Of a stretch of DNA of 64,000 nt, positions 61,061 through 64,000 are shown piece after piece; positions within the stretch are counted from its first letter, which is position 1; the number at the start of each line of letters is the position of its first letter. Under the pieces are notes generated by a model, which was not told the DNA's origin, did no database searches, and saw nothing but the letters and a program-made list of their open reading frames with translations. The stretch is from Octopus vulgaris (taxonomy: Eukaryota): contig OX597815.1 of assembly GCA_951406725.2 (NCBI GenBank), positions 134,416,001 to 134,480,000 on the forward strand, in the 5' to 3' direction. Both the position numbers and the translations under genes were made by a program.

Positions 61061-62214
61061 CTGATTTTTATTGTGTTTTGTGTAAAGGTTGAAATCTTGA
61101 CCTTTATATTCAGCTCTCTTTCTTGGCTTGTCTTCCTGGGATAATAGCTGCTAAGGATAACTGTAACTGGTGTTTATTTTTATACAAAAAAATGTGTATA
61201 ATATTTGTGTTGTTGGCTGTAATGATGTCTTTTGTATAGTGAAACTGTTGAACTAATTTTCTTTAAAAAAACAGTCAAGCTATATAATCAGTGGTATGAC
61301 ATAAGTTGCCAGCACTTGGGGCCAGGCAGTTATTGCAGGGAGGATACACTATTTTTTTTTATTTATTTACTATTTTTTCGCCTTTGAAGTATTCTGCCTG
61401 GGATAATTGTGACAGTGGTCTTGTTTGTACTATGCAATTGTATATAGTATCAGAAAACATACTTGTTATACATTTTCTGTGTCAATCAATAGCACAGATG
61501 TGGCCAATACATTGTAAAGTATATAGAAGTAGGATTAGAAATGGGTTAACACAAGCTGAATATAGGCAATATGCATTGTGTGTGTGTGATGTACAGTGGG
61601 CATTGAAACAAGAAGAACATGATTGTACGGTAAATTTCAATGTTGATTCTTGAAATAGTGTGAAATAGGAAATGCAGAAGTGCATTAAATGTTTGTATAC
61701 ATTTTTATGACACATTGGTGGTTGGAACCATGTACAGGACATTGGTAAATGGTTTATTATGACTAAAATTCATGAATTAAAATGCTAAGTGTCTAGTGAC
61801 AATGTATTGTGTGTATTGTAACAATGTGAAACTGATTGTATAAGTCTGTAAATATGGTAATAGCCCACTCTAAATGTGGGGAATTGTTACAATCCTGATT
61901 GAAGAAATCTATGATCAAAAATATTCAGTAAGATGGTAGGGCGGTGTGATTTGCAGGAGTTTTAATTGCAGCAGCTTGAATGATTATGTAGAGCAGGGTT
62001 TTAACCACGGTTTCTATATGCTGAGGGTATAGATCTCAGAACTTTCTTCAAATATGACAAAATCTTGATTTCTTTCTTTTTTTTCTCATGTTCCTATTCT
62101 TGGTGATTCTTATCTATCTCTCTCTCTCTCTCTATATATATATATCAAAATAAGCAACAAGGATATCCAGAGGTAATGCAGTACAATCTAAATTTTTGGT
62201 GAACTTATCTATCT

Positions 62215-62244
<30 letters not shown>

Positions 62245-62247
<3 letters not shown>

Positions 62248-62556
62248 CATCATCATCTGTTTTCCATGCTAGCATGGGTTGGATGGTTCGACCGGGGTCT
62301 TGGAAGCCAGGAGGATGCACCAGGCTTCAGTCTGATCTGGCAGTGTTTCTACAGCTGGATGTTCTTCCTAATGTCAACCACTTCGTGAGTGTAGTGGGTG
62401 CTTTTTACATGCCACCGGCACAGGTGCCAGGGGAGGCTGGCAATGACCACGATTGGTTGGTGCTTTTTACGTGCCACCGGCACGGAAGCCAGTCAAGGCG
62501 GCGCTGGTGGCGGCCACATTCGGATGGTGCTTTTTACATGCCACCAGCACAGGTAT
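62245..62556 (-). mobile_element. RTE 3'UTR fragment with tandem subrepeats
   Basis: Same family as 12508-12810. Confidence 0.8.
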
Positions 62557-63630
62557 CACATATAATGTGAAATAAAAGCAAGGGGTATTGTCATATTTTG
62601 AAATTCTGATAAATCTGGTAATGATGATGATTTTGATGGGTGAGGGTAGTGTAGAGATGTTGGGCAATCTTTTAGGGGATCAAAATTGTTAAAAGTTTAA
62701 AAAACCCTCGACATTTAAGAGCCCTATGTGTGTGTGTGCACGTGTGATTTTTGGTACATGGAAGCATCATTTTTAATACTATATTCATCAATATATTTAG
62801 AGTGAAGTTTTAAATTCGCTTTAGAATCTCTTCACACATCTCAATGTTTTGAGATTCTCCTGCTAAAAAAAAAAATCACAAAAGTACCAAAAAGCATAAA
62901 ATAATTTTTCAATATAGCTAAGTATTTCTAACCCTGCTCCTAAATGGTTATAGAACTATAATAACTAGGGACCATGTATATCTACCAACCAAAGGATTAC
63001 TTCTTTTTTTAACCCTTTAACTGCAAAATTAAGCTTTATGGCTATTCCAGTTATACTCAAGATCATGCATGAGTAATACAAAATAATGTAAATATATAAG
63101 CATTACATTTAATAGAATAATCTGGATGGTAAGGGTTCAATATTTACCAAAAAATGGAATTGCTATTTTCTGCAAATCGTATTGCCTCAATAAACTTGAT
63201 ATATCTTAGCAAAAAAATAACTTCACGTGTGAAATACTTCAACAAAAAATAGATTAGTATATAAAACTGCTTTCTACATTTAAGAATAATGAAATTTTGA
63301 GTGGCTGTATCAGATTTCTATTGTAAAGAGGGTTAAGTTAGATCTCACCATTTTCATTATGGCTGTAGCGCTACACATACTCTCTTAGATTTGTTCCAAG
63401 CATTAAATATCTTTGGATTATTTAATTTCTAAACCATTTTATTTTCTTACACTGTGATTCATTCATCATAACTTGGGTAAATACAGTAATGAAGGCTGGG
63501 GTTTATTGTTGAACTCAGAAATTAAAAATGGTCTGGAGTTGCCTTTCATATTTAACCAAAATAATTCAAATAATGATAGTCATTCAGTTTTTTCCTCATC
63601 ACGTTTATTTCTAATTAGCTTTTTAATCCT

Positions 63631-64000
63631 AGGCATGGTGTTTGGTTAATACATTGACGTTGCAATCATGTGGTTCCAAGTTCAGTCCCACTGTGACACC
63701 TTGGGCAAGTGTCTTCTACTATAACTCCAGGATGACCAATGCCTTGTGAGTGAATTTGGTAGACAGAAACCACGTGGAAGCCCATGTGTGTGTTTGTCTC
63801 CTGTCTCTCTATTTAACAACCAGTGTTGGTTTATTTACATCCCTATAACTTAGTGGTTTGGTGAAGGATAGAATTAAGTACCAGACTTTAAAAAGTAAGT
63901 ACTGGGGTCAATTCATTTGATTAAAACACTTCAAAGTGGTTCCCCAGCATGGCTACAGTCCAATGACTAAAATGTAAAATGTAAAAGATTAAAGATTGTT
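63631..64000 (+). mobile_element. SINE family A, diverged
   Basis: Head GGCATGG..GTTCAGTCCCACTG..CCTTGGGCAAGTGTCTTCTACTATA to tail CCAGCATGGC.ACAGTCCAATGACT. Confidence 0.85.

Overview
AT-rich, microsatellite-rich eukaryotic DNA dominated by transposable elements. The SINE/LINE content looks like a coleoid cephalopod (Octopus-like), which is an inference from repeat recognition. There is one well-supported host gene: a two-exon short-chain dehydrogenase/reductase (exon 1 4780-4807, ~13.8 kb intron, exon 2 18593-19380) with a FabI/FabL-type Y-x6-K catalytic motif. A candidate first coding exon of a second gene lies at 48264-48297. Mobile elements include: a young full-length Tx1/L1-clade LINE with a 19-bp TSD and one frameshift; RTE LINEs, one with a twin-priming 5' inversion; CRE, R4/Dong-like and CR1 relics; two full-length decayed mariners and a Chapaev3-like relic; Helitron termini and a helicase fragment; piggyBac MITEs; gypsy-type LTR ends with a tRNA-Trp PBS; and many tRNA-derived SINEs. 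The most notable hidden signal is a set of minimal type I hammerhead-ribozyme motifs (501-543, 47343-47380, 47971-48010, 56392-56440) in Penelope-like repeats. Several sit in (TA)n tracts or inside long palindromes, and one lies downstream of a GIY-YIG endonuclease relic. Coordinates were read by eye and element edges are approximate unless a TSD/TIR is quoted.
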